From contig JAAXXZ010000001.1 in assembly GCA_013334245.1 (NCBI GenBank), positions 54,675 to 118,674 of the forward strand: a stretch of 64,000 bases of DNA, in the 5' to 3' direction. This document shows, in pieces, positions 27,989 to 36,894 of this stretch. The position numbers and the translations under genes are program-made. Below the pieces are notes generated by a model that made no database searches, was not told where the DNA came from, and was given only the letters and a program-made list of their open reading frames with translations. Position 1 is the first letter of the stretch. Every line of letters starts with the position of its first letter. Source of the DNA: Candidatus Moraniibacteriota bacterium (GTDB taxonomy: Bacteria; Patescibacteriota; Minisyncoccia; Moranbacterales; UBA1568).

Positions 27989-28348
27989 CTACTCTTTTTC
28001 GTTCCTCCCGAACCGGTCCAGAATGCCCTTCACGACCGAACCGACGATCGACATGACAAGTGACCCGAGAAGCGCGGCCGCAAACGAATCGACGGTAAAT
28101 CCGACGATCACATGACCGAGCCACGCGAACAACGCCGCGTTTATGACGAAAATGAACAGGCCGAACGTGACGATCGTCACCGGCAAGGTAAGAACGACGA
28201 GAATCGGCCGGACGATGAGCCCGAGGATGCCCCAGATCGCCGCAAGCAGTATCGCCGTCATGAAGCCGTCGACATGCACACCCGGGACGAACCGGGCCGC
28301 CACGAAGAACCCGACCGCGACCGCGAACCATCGGATAATGAGTTTCAT
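27989..28348 (-). CDS. phage holin family 4 / YvlD-like four-TM membrane protein
   Basis: Close pattern match to B. subtilis YvlD (AARFVPGVHVDGF...IVRPILVVLTLPVTIVTFGLFIFVINA...GFTVDSFAAALLGS). Confidence 0.75.
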   Translation of the reverse strand: MKLIIRWFAVAVGFFVAARFVPGVHVDGFMTAILLAAIWGILGLIVRPILVVLTLPVTIVTFGLFIFVINAALFAWLGHVIVGFTVDSFAAALLGSLVMSIVGSVVKGILDRFGRNEKE

Positions 28349-28435
28349 AGGAGTGTCCGAATGATGTTACGTTCCGCTCCGTGAATATATCATCCTCACG
28401 GCCTTCCCTTCAAGCCGCACAGGATCGAGTACCGG

Positions 28436-29002
28436 TCAGCCAGGATACGATTCCGCATCCGGATGACGTTCACTGAGCGAATACCTGCATCCGCAATAAT
28501 CCTGACGATAGATGTTCCGGTCACAGACCATCTTTCTGGCCATTTCCTGCCTACCACCCTTTTTCCAATCCTCGGCAAGATATCGTATACCGAACGCCTC
28601 GGCTGCTTCTTGCGCAACGGGATCGATTATCGCAGCCGACTTGTTTCGCCCGCTCGAAAGCGTCGTCCCGAATATCGAAAATCCCAATTCCGAGGCGATT
28701 TTCGCGACTCGGAACAACCGGAACCGAAAACACGCCGCGCAGCGCTTTCCACCTTCCGGTTCGCTCTCAAGCCCCCTCACCGCATCGTCCCATGCGGCGA
28801 CATCGTAGTCCTCGTCGATCATCGGAACACCCCATTCCTCACAGAGGCGGACGACCTCTTGCTTCCGCTTCAGATATTCCCCTTCCGGATGGATGTTCGG
28901 ATTGTAAAACAGTACCCACAGATCATACGACTTCCTGAGTTCGTCGATTACCGCGATTCCGCACGGCGCACAGCAGGTATGGAGAAGAAATCGCTCGTGC
29001 AT
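28436..29002 (-). CDS. queH: epoxyqueuosine reductase QueH (DUF208)
   Basis: LLHTCCAPCG signature plus later CAAC and CGC cysteines. Start set at internal ATG M17. The first ATG at 29050 sits in the loop of a palindrome GAGACGAG...CTCGTCTC and is unlikely to be the start. Confidence 0.8.
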   Translation of the reverse strand: MHERFLLHTCCAPCGIAVIDELRKSYDLWVLFYNPNIHPEGEYLKRKQEVVRLCEEWGVPMIDEDYDVAAWDDAVRGLESEPEGGKRCAACFRFRLFRVAKIASELGFSIFGTTLSSGRNKSAAIIDPVAQEAAEAFGIRYLAEDWKKGGRQEMARKMVCDRNIYRQDYCGCRYSLSERHPDAESYPG

Positions 29003-29073
29003 GTTGTTATTATGATACTCAATATTTTCCCAGACATAGAGACGAGACATGCCTCGTCTCTACAAGAACCATA

Positions 29074-30495
29074 TCAGTTCCGCCGCCGCGCGATTAGGGA
29101 TCCTGCCGTCTTGAAACAAATGCCGATATCGAGCCACAGCGACCAGTTCTCTATGTAGAACACGTCAAGACGGTATTCGTCCTCGAACGCGAGGTCGGAA
29201 CGGCCGGACACCTGCGCCATGCCGGTAAGGCCCGGCTTGATGGTCAGCAGACGACGGTGATATTCGCGGTATTTCTCCACCTCACGCTTCTGGTGCGGAC
29301 GCGGTCCGACCAGACTCATCTCGCCGCGGAACACGTTGAAAAACTGCGGGAACTCGTCGATCGAATACTTCTCGATAAACGCGCCGACTTTGGTCTTTCG
29401 GGGATCGTCCTTGATCTTGTAGAGCGGGCCTTTGCGGATGCTCCGTTCCTCGATAAGCTGTTTCTCGAACGCGAGCGCCTCGTCGAAGTCGGGATTGTCA
29501 TGCGTCACGCAGTACTTCCATTTCATGTACCGGAACTTGTACACGAAGAATTTCTTTCCGTTCTCGCCGACGCGTTCGTTCTTGTAGACGATCGGCCCCG
29601 AACCGTCCTCGAGCTTGATGAGGAGCGCGACGATCCCCATGACCGGCGAAAAAAACGCGATCAAGGCAGCCGATGCCAACACGTCGAAGATCCGCTTCAA
29701 CACGCGACCCCATCCGTCGAGCGGCGTATGCAGGAACTCTATGAGCGGTTCTCCGTTCATGACCCGCATGGCGAACCGAGATGTCTGCAGCGTGGTGGGG
29801 AAATACTTGAACGAGATGTTGTGGATCTGGCAATAGTCGAGGATCTTTTCCTGCTCGTCGTCGGTGATCGACTGGTCGCAGACGATGATCTCGTCGATCC
29901 CCTTCTCTTCGCGGATCACATCGATGCGGTGCAGGCTCGCGGATTCCATGATGTCCACCGCCTTATAGCCGAATTCCGGATGCTTGGTGAACATTTTCGC
30001 GAACCGCCTGACGCGCCCGTTCCCGCCGATCAGCAGCACGCGATAGACCCCGACGCCTTTTTTCACGAGATAATATCGTTGAATCTTCCGCAGAAGAAGC
30101 CGCGCGATGGAAACGTAAATCGCGACCGCGAACCAGCCGGCGACGATGATGAACCGGGACGAGAACCAGTCCCGCTCGAGGAAGACCGCGATGATTATGA
30201 CGACGACACCGAGGGATGTCGCCTTGAACACCTGGAACGATTCCTTCCAGAACGAACGCATGGACCGGATGGCATAGAGCCCCTCGATCGCGTATGTGAT
30301 AAGGAAGAGCGGCGCGACAACGAGCGACAGCTCGAAAAACGGCTGGAAGGTCATGGAATAGACCTTCGGATTGATGATATCCGAAATCTGCGGCAGGATA
30401 TCGCGGAGCAGAAATACCGAAACCGCCGCGAGGACGATCATGAGATAATCCACCGGCACCTGCACCACACTGAAGATGATTTCCGACCGTTTCAT
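29074..30495 (-). CDS. undecaprenyl-phosphate sugar phosphotransferase (WbaP/PssY-type bacterial sugar transferase with CoA-binding domain)
   Basis: Four or more N-terminal TM helices, Rossmann-like middle, C-terminal PF02397 core (KRIFDVLASAALIAFFSPVMGIVALLIKLEDGSGPI, MSLVGPRP). Confidence 0.85.
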   Translation of the reverse strand: MKRSEIIFSVVQVPVDYLMIVLAAVSVFLLRDILPQISDIINPKVYSMTFQPFFELSLVVAPLFLITYAIEGLYAIRSMRSFWKESFQVFKATSLGVVVIIIAVFLERDWFSSRFIIVAGWFAVAIYVSIARLLLRKIQRYYLVKKGVGVYRVLLIGGNGRVRRFAKMFTKHPEFGYKAVDIMESASLHRIDVIREEKGIDEIIVCDQSITDDEQEKILDYCQIHNISFKYFPTTLQTSRFAMRVMNGEPLIEFLHTPLDGWGRVLKRIFDVLASAALIAFFSPVMGIVALLIKLEDGSGPIVYKNERVGENGKKFFVYKFRYMKWKYCVTHDNPDFDEALAFEKQLIEERSIRKGPLYKIKDDPRKTKVGAFIEKYSIDEFPQFFNVFRGEMSLVGPRPHQKREVEKYREYHRRLLTIKPGLTGMAQVSGRSDLAFEDEYRLDVFYIENWSLWLDIGICFKTAGSLIARRRN

Positions 30496-30526
30496 ATCGT
30501 CTATGGATCACGAGTTCATATTCTTT

Positions 30527-30957
30527 CGCTCCCGAAACAGGCTCATAAGCCGGATTCTGTTTGAATCATCATTTATCTGGGACCGTCGTTACCGACGACC
30601 TCGAGCGGCACTTCCCGGCTTTCGCCGGGACACGGCCTTGCACACGGATAAGGGTTTAGCCGTTTCACCCCGCGCGTTTCCGCACGGACTCATCCCGCAC
30701 CTATTTCGCACCCCGCTTTCGCGAACCGGATTTTTTCCGTTCAGAAATATTCCGGCCCTCAGAAATGGATAGGATGTGGAATAGGTGCGGGATGTCCTGC
30801 CCTTTCGGGCTGGGACGTCTCTGCTCGCACCTCGCGCCTCGCGGCGGACGGGTATTACCCGCTACCTGGTCCTCGGCTTGCGCCGATTCATGTGTCCGGA
30901 CTTTCCTCTCAAACGCCGCAAGCGGCGACTGAGCGATGATCCGACCTGTTTCGGGAA
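30527..30957 (-). ncRNA. rnpB: RNase P RNA (bacterial type A)
   Basis: Minus-strand transcript contains the universally conserved P4 strands GAGAGGAAAGTCCGGACAC (5') and ACAGAATCCGGCTTATGAGCC (3'). P1 pairs CCCGAAACAGG with CCTGTTTCGGG. Internal CCAGGTAGCGGGTAATACCCG and GGGTGAAACGGC resemble the P11/P12 regions. Fills a 555 bp gap with no plausible CDS. Confidence 0.8.
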
Positions 30958-31051
30958 TGAAGGAACACGAAAAAACACCCTCCACCTACTATTTAAAGAT
31001 TATATCATATTTTTTATATTTAGTCAATTTTTGTCTTGTTTCAGATAAAAA

Positions 31052-33415
31052 TCACGAGGCTCGATCGCCACGGAAAGCCGCCCGAACGGAGCCGAGGACA
31101 GCTTCTACGGCCGCATCGGTTTCCTCGCCCGTAACGGTCCTATCGTCGTGTCCGAAGGTCAGATGAAAGGCTACGTTCTTCGTATCCCCCTTTTCGAATA
31201 TGTCGAACACCTCCGCCTTGCGTAACAGCGGTGAGGAATCACGGATCACACGTTCGATTTCCCCGATCGTTGTCCGCTTCGGAACTTCGATCGAGAGATC
31301 GCGTACCGAATACGGGAACCGCGGAAGCGGAACAAACGTCCGAACCGTGCCGTACGCCGACCGAAGAACGTCGAAATCGATCTGTGCCGAGACGACCGCC
31401 CCACGCAAATCGTACGCGGCGGTTGCCGAGGGAGAAATCTCCCCGGCCTCGCCAAGTACCTTCCCGCTCACCGAAAGCAGACCGACGCGCGTCGGATGAA
31501 ACATAGGGAACTCGTCGACCGCCCTCTCGAACGGAATCGGTTCCCAGGCGATTTCGCCAAGCCCCGCGAATGCGGACAGTTTCGAAATAAGACCCTTGAG
31601 CGCAGCGAAGGAATCCTCCCCTTTCTTCGCGACCAGCACGAGGGACAACATCGCGTTTTCGATCGGCTTCCCTCCTTCGCCGACCCTATACCGGTCGCCG
31701 ACTTCGAAAAATCCGAACGAATCGAAATATCGTATGTTTTCACCCGCCTTGCGAAGCGATGACGGGAGCAGGCTTGCCCGAAGCAGCGCCTGATCCGGAT
31801 TCATCGGATTCGCGAGACGCAGATGCCTGTCCGACATTCCCGGACCAAGCCGTTTCCCGTCGGTTTCCGAATAGAAGGAATAGGTCCTGATCTCGTCCAG
31901 ACCGGAAGCGGCAAGGAACTCGCGCAACTCGCGGGCGAACATTCCCGCTTCGTTTTTTTCAGGAGCGCAAAGCGGAACCAGCGGAGTCGTCGAAGGGAAA
32001 TGATCGTATCCGAGCATGCGGCCGATCTCCTCCGCGAAATCCCACCCGTCCCGGATATCGGGCCGGAAGGCGGGGACACGAACACTCCATTCCTCATCAC
32101 CCTCGGTCACCGTCATACCCAGATGTCCGAGTTTTTCCTTCGCGTCCGCCAGGTCTATGTCGGCACCGAACATATCTTTAAACACGGATGGTGAAAACGA
32201 TACGGAGACCGGTTCATCCGCTCGGGTCACTATGTCGACCGCGCCGACCACGTGAGCACCCGCCTCGGTGACGAAGAGATTCACCGCATCGATGGCGGAT
32301 GCGGTCGCCCGATCGGTATCGACGTTCCTTTCGTACCGATACGACGCGTCGGTCGGCAACCGATGCCTGACGACCGTCTTCCGGATCGATGCGGGATCGA
32401 ACGTGGCAACCTCGAGAAAAACGCGTTTCGTGTGCTCGGTAATACCGGTACGGTTCCCTCCCATCACTCCCGCAAGCGCGAGCGGACGGCTTTTGTCCGC
32501 GATGACCAGGTCTTCGACGGAAAGGCTCACGGTCTTGCCGTCGAGCAATTCCAACGTCTCCCCGTCCTTCGCCTGCCGCACCACGATGCCCCCTTCCACG
32601 GTATCCGCGTCGAACGCATGCATCGGCTGTCCGAAGACCAGGAGCGAGTAGTTCGTGATATCGACCGCCATGGAAATCGGTCGGAATCCTGACCGGAGCA
32701 GCACGGATCGCAGCCACAGAGGAGATGAACCCGAAGTCACTCCCTCGAACGCGATACCGAGATACCGCCGACATCGGTCTGATTCGATCGACACCGGAAC
32801 CGAGAATTCGGGATACGACGGGAGCGGTGACGATTCAAGATCGAACGTGGCAGAGCGGCCTTCAAGCGCCGAGATTTCCCGCGCCATCCCACGATACGAG
32901 ACCGCATCGCACCCGCGATTCGGGAGGATATTCACGTCGAGAATCATATCCTCGAGGCCGACATATGTCGCGAACGGTGTTCCAATCGGCGCATCCTCCG
33001 GAAGGACAAGGATGCCCTCGTGACCGGTACCGATGCCAAGCTCGTCTTCCGCACAGATCATGCCCGACGATGCCACGCCACGAATGACGGTTTCCTTTAT
33101 AACGATACCGCCGGGGAGCGAGGCTTGAGGCAAAGCGACAGCGACTTTCTGGCCGACCGCCACGTTCGGCGCCCCACAGACGATGGTCCTCGCAGGATTA
33201 CCTTCCTCGGTCACGACCGTCGTCACGCGCAGACGATCGGCATCGGGATGCTGTACGACCGATTCCACCCGGCCGACCACGACACCCTCGAGTCCGTGTG
33301 CGAACGGCTCGACGGATTCGACCTCGAACGAATGAAACATGATGAGCTCCGCGAGCTGTTCGGCGGTCTTCTCGGTTCCGGACAACTGTCTAAGCAGGTT
33401 GTAGGAAAATTTCAT
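31052..33415 (-). CDS. pheT: phenylalanine--tRNA ligase beta subunit
   Basis: MKFSYNLLRQL N-terminus, tRNA-binding OB, B3/B4, B5 and FDX-ACB domains. 787 aa. Paired with pheS. Confidence 0.9.
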   Translation of the reverse strand: MKFSYNLLRQLSGTEKTAEQLAELIMFHSFEVESVEPFAHGLEGVVVGRVESVVQHPDADRLRVTTVVTEEGNPARTIVCGAPNVAVGQKVAVALPQASLPGGIVIKETVIRGVASSGMICAEDELGIGTGHEGILVLPEDAPIGTPFATYVGLEDMILDVNILPNRGCDAVSYRGMAREISALEGRSATFDLESSPLPSYPEFSVPVSIESDRCRRYLGIAFEGVTSGSSPLWLRSVLLRSGFRPISMAVDITNYSLLVFGQPMHAFDADTVEGGIVVRQAKDGETLELLDGKTVSLSVEDLVIADKSRPLALAGVMGGNRTGITEHTKRVFLEVATFDPASIRKTVVRHRLPTDASYRYERNVDTDRATASAIDAVNLFVTEAGAHVVGAVDIVTRADEPVSVSFSPSVFKDMFGADIDLADAKEKLGHLGMTVTEGDEEWSVRVPAFRPDIRDGWDFAEEIGRMLGYDHFPSTTPLVPLCAPEKNEAGMFARELREFLAASGLDEIRTYSFYSETDGKRLGPGMSDRHLRLANPMNPDQALLRASLLPSSLRKAGENIRYFDSFGFFEVGDRYRVGEGGKPIENAMLSLVLVAKKGEDSFAALKGLISKLSAFAGLGEIAWEPIPFERAVDEFPMFHPTRVGLLSVSGKVLGEAGEISPSATAAYDLRGAVVSAQIDFDVLRSAYGTVRTFVPLPRFPYSVRDLSIEVPKRTTIGEIERVIRDSSPLLRKAEVFDIFEKGDTKNVAFHLTFGHDDRTVTGEETDAAVEAVLGSVRAAFRGDRAS

Positions 33416-33465
33416 AAATGCGCGTCATTAGCTTCATTAGCTTCGTCAAGCTTCTTAAGCTTCCT
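33416..33465. repeat. AGCTT-rich direct repeats (CATTAGCTT x2, AAGCTTC x3) at the 3' end of the four-helix-bundle gene
   Basis: TCATTAGCTTCATTAGCTTCGTCAAGCTTCTTAAGCTTCC read from sequence. Partner block at 33833-33985. Confidence 0.5.
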
Positions 33466-33838
33466 CCGATTTCGGATTAAGTTTTCTGATCATACTTCTG
33501 AGCATTCGGCCGGTTTCCGATAGAAGACACTCCGACCTCTTGAAATCGAGCTTCTTCGTCTTCGGGAGCATCTTCGCGATTTCCACTTGTGTTTCCAATT
33601 CTCCGGTCGAACCGAGCGCTATCCTTAAGAACTGGATGAATTCTTTTTTCGTCCCCCGGTACCTCCCCTCCGCGATATTGGACGGAATGGATACTGCGGC
33701 CCGACGCATCTGCGATACCAACCCGTACACCTCCTCTTTCGGAAACTCTTCCGTCACATCATATGTCTCAGTGACCAATTCCATAGCTCTCTGCCAGACG
33801 ATCAACTCCTTGTAACTGTGTAACATATCAAGCCTCAT
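33455..33838 (-). CDS. four-helix-bundle protein (23S rRNA intervening-sequence protein family, TIGR02436-like)
   Basis: 127 aa; LIVWQRAMELV...VSQMRRAAVSIPSNIAEG...FLRIALGSTGELETQ is the family signature. Inserted between pheS and pheT. Confidence 0.8.
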   Translation of the reverse strand: MRLDMLHSYKELIVWQRAMELVTETYDVTEEFPKEEVYGLVSQMRRAAVSIPSNIAEGRYRGTKKEFIQFLRIALGSTGELETQVEIAKMLPKTKKLDFKRSECLLSETGRMLRSMIRKLNPKSEEA

Positions 33839-33985
33839 TAGCTTTTTTAAAGCTTCGCGTGCTTCATAAATTTTCTCTTAGGAAGCTTTTGCAGCTTCCG
33901 AAGATTCTGCAGCTTTTCTTCTTCCCCGTTCCCTTAAGCTATCGAAGCTCTCGCAACTTATTCAGCTTCCGAAGCTCATCTAAAA
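33833..33985. repeat. AGCTT/GCAGCTTCCGAAG-rich repeat block (CATTAGCTT, AAGCTTC, GCAGCTTCCGAAG x2-3) between the four-helix-bundle gene start and pheS stop
   Basis: Read from sequence. AT-richer than surroundings. Confidence 0.5.
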
Positions 33986-35017
33986 TTGCCTTATAAATCG
34001 GAGGTCGCCGCTCATGAACATGCGAGTATCTGGAATACGGTTCTTCATCATCGAAAGTCGTTCCAGACCGAACCCCCACGCGAATCCCTGATATTTTCCG
34101 CGCGGATAGCCGGCCGCCTCGAACACCTTCTGCTGCACCATCCCCGCCCCTCCGATCTCCAGCCATCCGATCCCCTTACATGCCGGACACCCCTTCCCGC
34201 CGCAGAACACGCACGAGATGTCGAATTCGAAACCCGGCTCGACAAACGGGAAATAACTCGGACGAAGCCGAACGGTGATCGAACGGCCGAAAAACTCGGA
34301 AAAGAACGTCTCCGCGACATGCTTGAGATGTCCCACGGTCACGCTTCCGGTCTCGCCGACGACCAGGCTCTCGAACTGATGGAACGTATGTTCGTGCACG
34401 GCATCCGTCGACTCGCACCGGAACGTACGCCCCGGAACGATGATACGGAACGGCGGTGTATGCGTTTCCATATACCTGACCTGCACCGGGGACGTGTGCG
34501 TACGAAGCACGTAGCGGGTATCCAACCCGTCGCTGTCCACCCAGAAGGTGTCCTGCATATCACGCGCCGGATGATCGGCGGGAAAGTTCAACGCCTCGAA
34601 ATTATAGAAATCACTTTCGACATCCGGACCGTCGGCGATCCCGAATCCCATTCCCGTGAATATGTCCTCGATCTCGTGGATCAACGTGGTGATCGGATGC
34701 AGATGACCCATCGGGGTCGGAACGCCGGGTGCCGTCACGTCGATCCGCTCGGCCTCCCAATCGCGGCCTTCGTGTGCGATGCGCTCAGCCGCCGCCGAGA
34801 ACGCCTCCGAAAGTGCCGCACGGACACCCTGTACGAGCGGACCGACCGTCCGCTTCTCTTCAGCATCGAGATCTTTGAGTCCCTTCAGGATTCCCGTAAG
34901 CTCGCTCTTTCTCCCCAAAAACCGAACCTCGAGCTCGCGAAGCGATTCTTCGGAGTCCGCTTCCGCGAACGCTTTCTTCCCTTCCTCCTCGATAGCCCTG
35001 ATTCGTTCGGTATCCAT
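33980..35017 (-). CDS. pheS: phenylalanine--tRNA ligase alpha subunit
   Basis: Class II motifs (FPFVEPGFEFDISC, GWLEIGGAGMV, FAWGFGLERLSM). 345 aa. Confidence 0.9.
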   Translation of the reverse strand: MDTERIRAIEEEGKKAFAEADSEESLRELEVRFLGRKSELTGILKGLKDLDAEEKRTVGPLVQGVRAALSEAFSAAAERIAHEGRDWEAERIDVTAPGVPTPMGHLHPITTLIHEIEDIFTGMGFGIADGPDVESDFYNFEALNFPADHPARDMQDTFWVDSDGLDTRYVLRTHTSPVQVRYMETHTPPFRIIVPGRTFRCESTDAVHEHTFHQFESLVVGETGSVTVGHLKHVAETFFSEFFGRSITVRLRPSYFPFVEPGFEFDISCVFCGGKGCPACKGIGWLEIGGAGMVQQKVFEAAGYPRGKYQGFAWGFGLERLSMMKNRIPDTRMFMSGDLRFIRQF

Positions 35018-35195
35018 AAGAAAAGCGCATTAAAACGCTTTTATGGTATCACCGAACCGCCCGCGGGTCAAAAAGGCCAGTGAACCATAATCGGTTTGCA
35101 AAGAGCACATAACATATGACGGGGAATCCCGGACTCGCTTCCCGACTACAGGCTGACGCGTTCACATTCTTGTATCCCAACTTCTTATCCGTATT

Positions 35196-35282
35196 CCCTG
35201 CCACCTGTTATCTGTTCCATGTAACAACCCCTGTTCCCGCTCCCTTCTACCTGCCACCTGTTATCTGTTATTTGTTGTCTGT
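35196..35282. repeat. dispersed repeat motif A, two direct copies of CTGCCACCTGTTATCTGTT (35196-35221 and 35229-35282) upstream of pheS
   Basis: Exact 19-nt direct repeat. Related to motif A copies elsewhere. Confidence 0.55.
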
Positions 35283-35403
35283 CTTTGTGTTATACTGTTT
35301 TCGAAGACCTCCAGAACGGGGCGTTGAATACAATGAAACCCACCTGGCCTTTCAGGGAAAAGCATTTTTTTCCGACAATCGCTTATCATGGGATTCATAC
35401 GCG

Positions 35404-35566
35404 CCCCCGCATTGGGGGTTTTTCGTTTTCAAAAACTGCCCCCTCCGATTCCGACGCACACAGGAGGCGACTCATCCGGCCTCCGCAACGGGGTTTTTCG
35501 TATAAAAAAATTCGTCGGAAAAATCAGCACCATTCAGGCTCCATACTGCCCCCACAACGAGGTTTT
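35404..35566 (+). terminator. three tandem terminator-like hairpins, each GC-stem/5-nt-loop followed by TTTTTCG (35404-35425, 35479-35497, 35548-35566)
   Basis: CCCCCGCATTGGGGGTTTTTCG, CCTCCGCAACGGGGTTTTTCG and CCCCCACAACGAGGTTTTTCG. No plus-strand CDS lies upstream, so they may end an unannotated small RNA or act as regulatory hairpins. Confidence 0.4.
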
Positions 35567-35710
35567 TCGTTTTTTGGAAAAACTGCAGCTTTAAACGACA
35601 AGGATGGAGCTGCTTTTGTTTAATCGTCCACATATCCACTTGCTATCCTTTGGGAAAAATGGTATGAAGGACTGTTCATTTTGAACACCAACTTAACAAT
35701 AAGGCAGAAC

Positions 35711-36745
35711 ATGGATACTCAAGCAGATCCCTTAACGAAGGCACCTTCGGGTGCCTGGCCGATATCGGCCCTGGAGTCCGGCCCGAGCGGGCGGACTGTC
35801 TTGCATTACGTTTCACAAAACGGAATGGGCCAGTTCATCGATATGGTGTCTGGCGCGCCGCTTTTCGACTTCTCCGAGCGTTATAGCCGGATGAAATACG
35901 GAAGCGTCCCCGACATCGAATGGATGGGGGCGAAGATCGCCAGGTCATTTATCGGACGCCTGAACGACCCCGCGGACAACCTAATTCGACTGTTTCAGAA
36001 CGCCGAGTGCGCCGGAGAATTCGTGACGGTCATCTCCCCCGCTTCCCGTAACGTCGAGTCGGCACAGAAGCGCATGGTCGAGATAGCCGTCAGGCACATC
36101 GATATCTGGCTCGCCCTCCACGGCCTCCCGACGATGATACTCGCCAAATTATCGCGCTTCCGGTCGGGAACGACCGACTACGCAAGAATGTCCTATAGTG
36201 AACGGATAAAGGACAATACGGATCCCGGGGTCAACAGGCAGTATCTTCCGGAACCGGATTTCTTCGCAGCCGGCACGCACGTCTTTTTTTTCGACGACAT
36301 CCATGTCACCGGCGCTTCGGCGGAGCAGATAGGGAGAATCGCCATGGCGCGGGGAGCGAAATCGTTCTCGACGGTCTTCTGCGTCGCGCTCGATCCCAAG
36401 ATCGTCGCCGAAAATCCGGGCGTCGAGGACCGTCTCAACCGCTCTTTCATTCACGGATGTCTTGACGAACATGTCGCCGCTATCTTGAACCAGGACGGCT
36501 TCATGCCGGTTCAAAAAATGCTCCGCTTGCTACTCGACGGAAAAAATCGAACCACGCTCGCGGCGTTCCTGCGGAGCAGCATCCACGACGACGCCCTGCT
36601 GAAACTCTATGCATCCTGCCTCGGAAACGACTACCTCCGGGATTCACGCTTCACCGATTCGGTGTTCATACTCATGAACACTCTCAAAGAATCGGGTCTC
36701 ATCGGCACGGATGGCCTACCGCACCTTGATCGCATGAAAACCTGA
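35711..36745 (+). CDS. phosphoribosyltransferase (PRTase type I) domain protein, ComF-like core with a C-terminal extension of about 140 aa
   Basis: PRPP-binding loop THVFFFDDIHVTGAS (hydrophobic4-DD-x-x-TG-x-S/T). N-terminal region (ERYSRMKYGS...WMGAKIARSF) loosely ComF-like. Start at ATG M11; the track start is TTG at 35681. Confidence 0.5.
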   Translation: MDTQADPLTKAPSGAWPISALESGPSGRTVLHYVSQNGMGQFIDMVSGAPLFDFSERYSRMKYGSVPDIEWMGAKIARSFIGRLNDPADNLIRLFQNAECAGEFVTVISPASRNVESAQKRMVEIAVRHIDIWLALHGLPTMILAKLSRFRSGTTDYARMSYSERIKDNTDPGVNRQYLPEPDFFAAGTHVFFFDDIHVTGASAEQIGRIAMARGAKSFSTVFCVALDPKIVAENPGVEDRLNRSFIHGCLDEHVAAILNQDGFMPVQKMLRLLLDGKNRTTLAAFLRSSIHDDALLKLYASCLGNDYLRDSRFTDSVFILMNTLKESGLIGTDGLPHLDRMKT

Positions 36746-36894
36746 AACCGGTACCCCCATCGACAACGTTGCTCACGCGACAAAACAAGAAACGCCATCC
36801 GTGCAATGCGGATGGTCGTTTTTTTGCCACATCTGGCGCGTCAATATGATCAGCCACTGTAACGGCAGCAAAACATATTCAACCGGCCGCACCG

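Noticed and set aside
30476-30985. Several short ORF-track ORFs on both strands (30476..30772, 30701..30985, 29963..30511)
   Set aside because: They overlap the RNase P RNA and have no coding signal. The region is better explained by rnpB.
35018-35300. T-box riboswitch leader upstream of pheS
   Set aside because: I found no match to the T-box consensus AATTAGGGTGGNACCGCG on the minus strand, only a terminator-like hairpin next to the start codon.
35681-36745. Retron-type defence module (PRTase effector plus upstream structured ncRNA)
   Set aside because: No reverse transcriptase gene is anywhere nearby. Kept as a remote possibility in the finding, not as a call.
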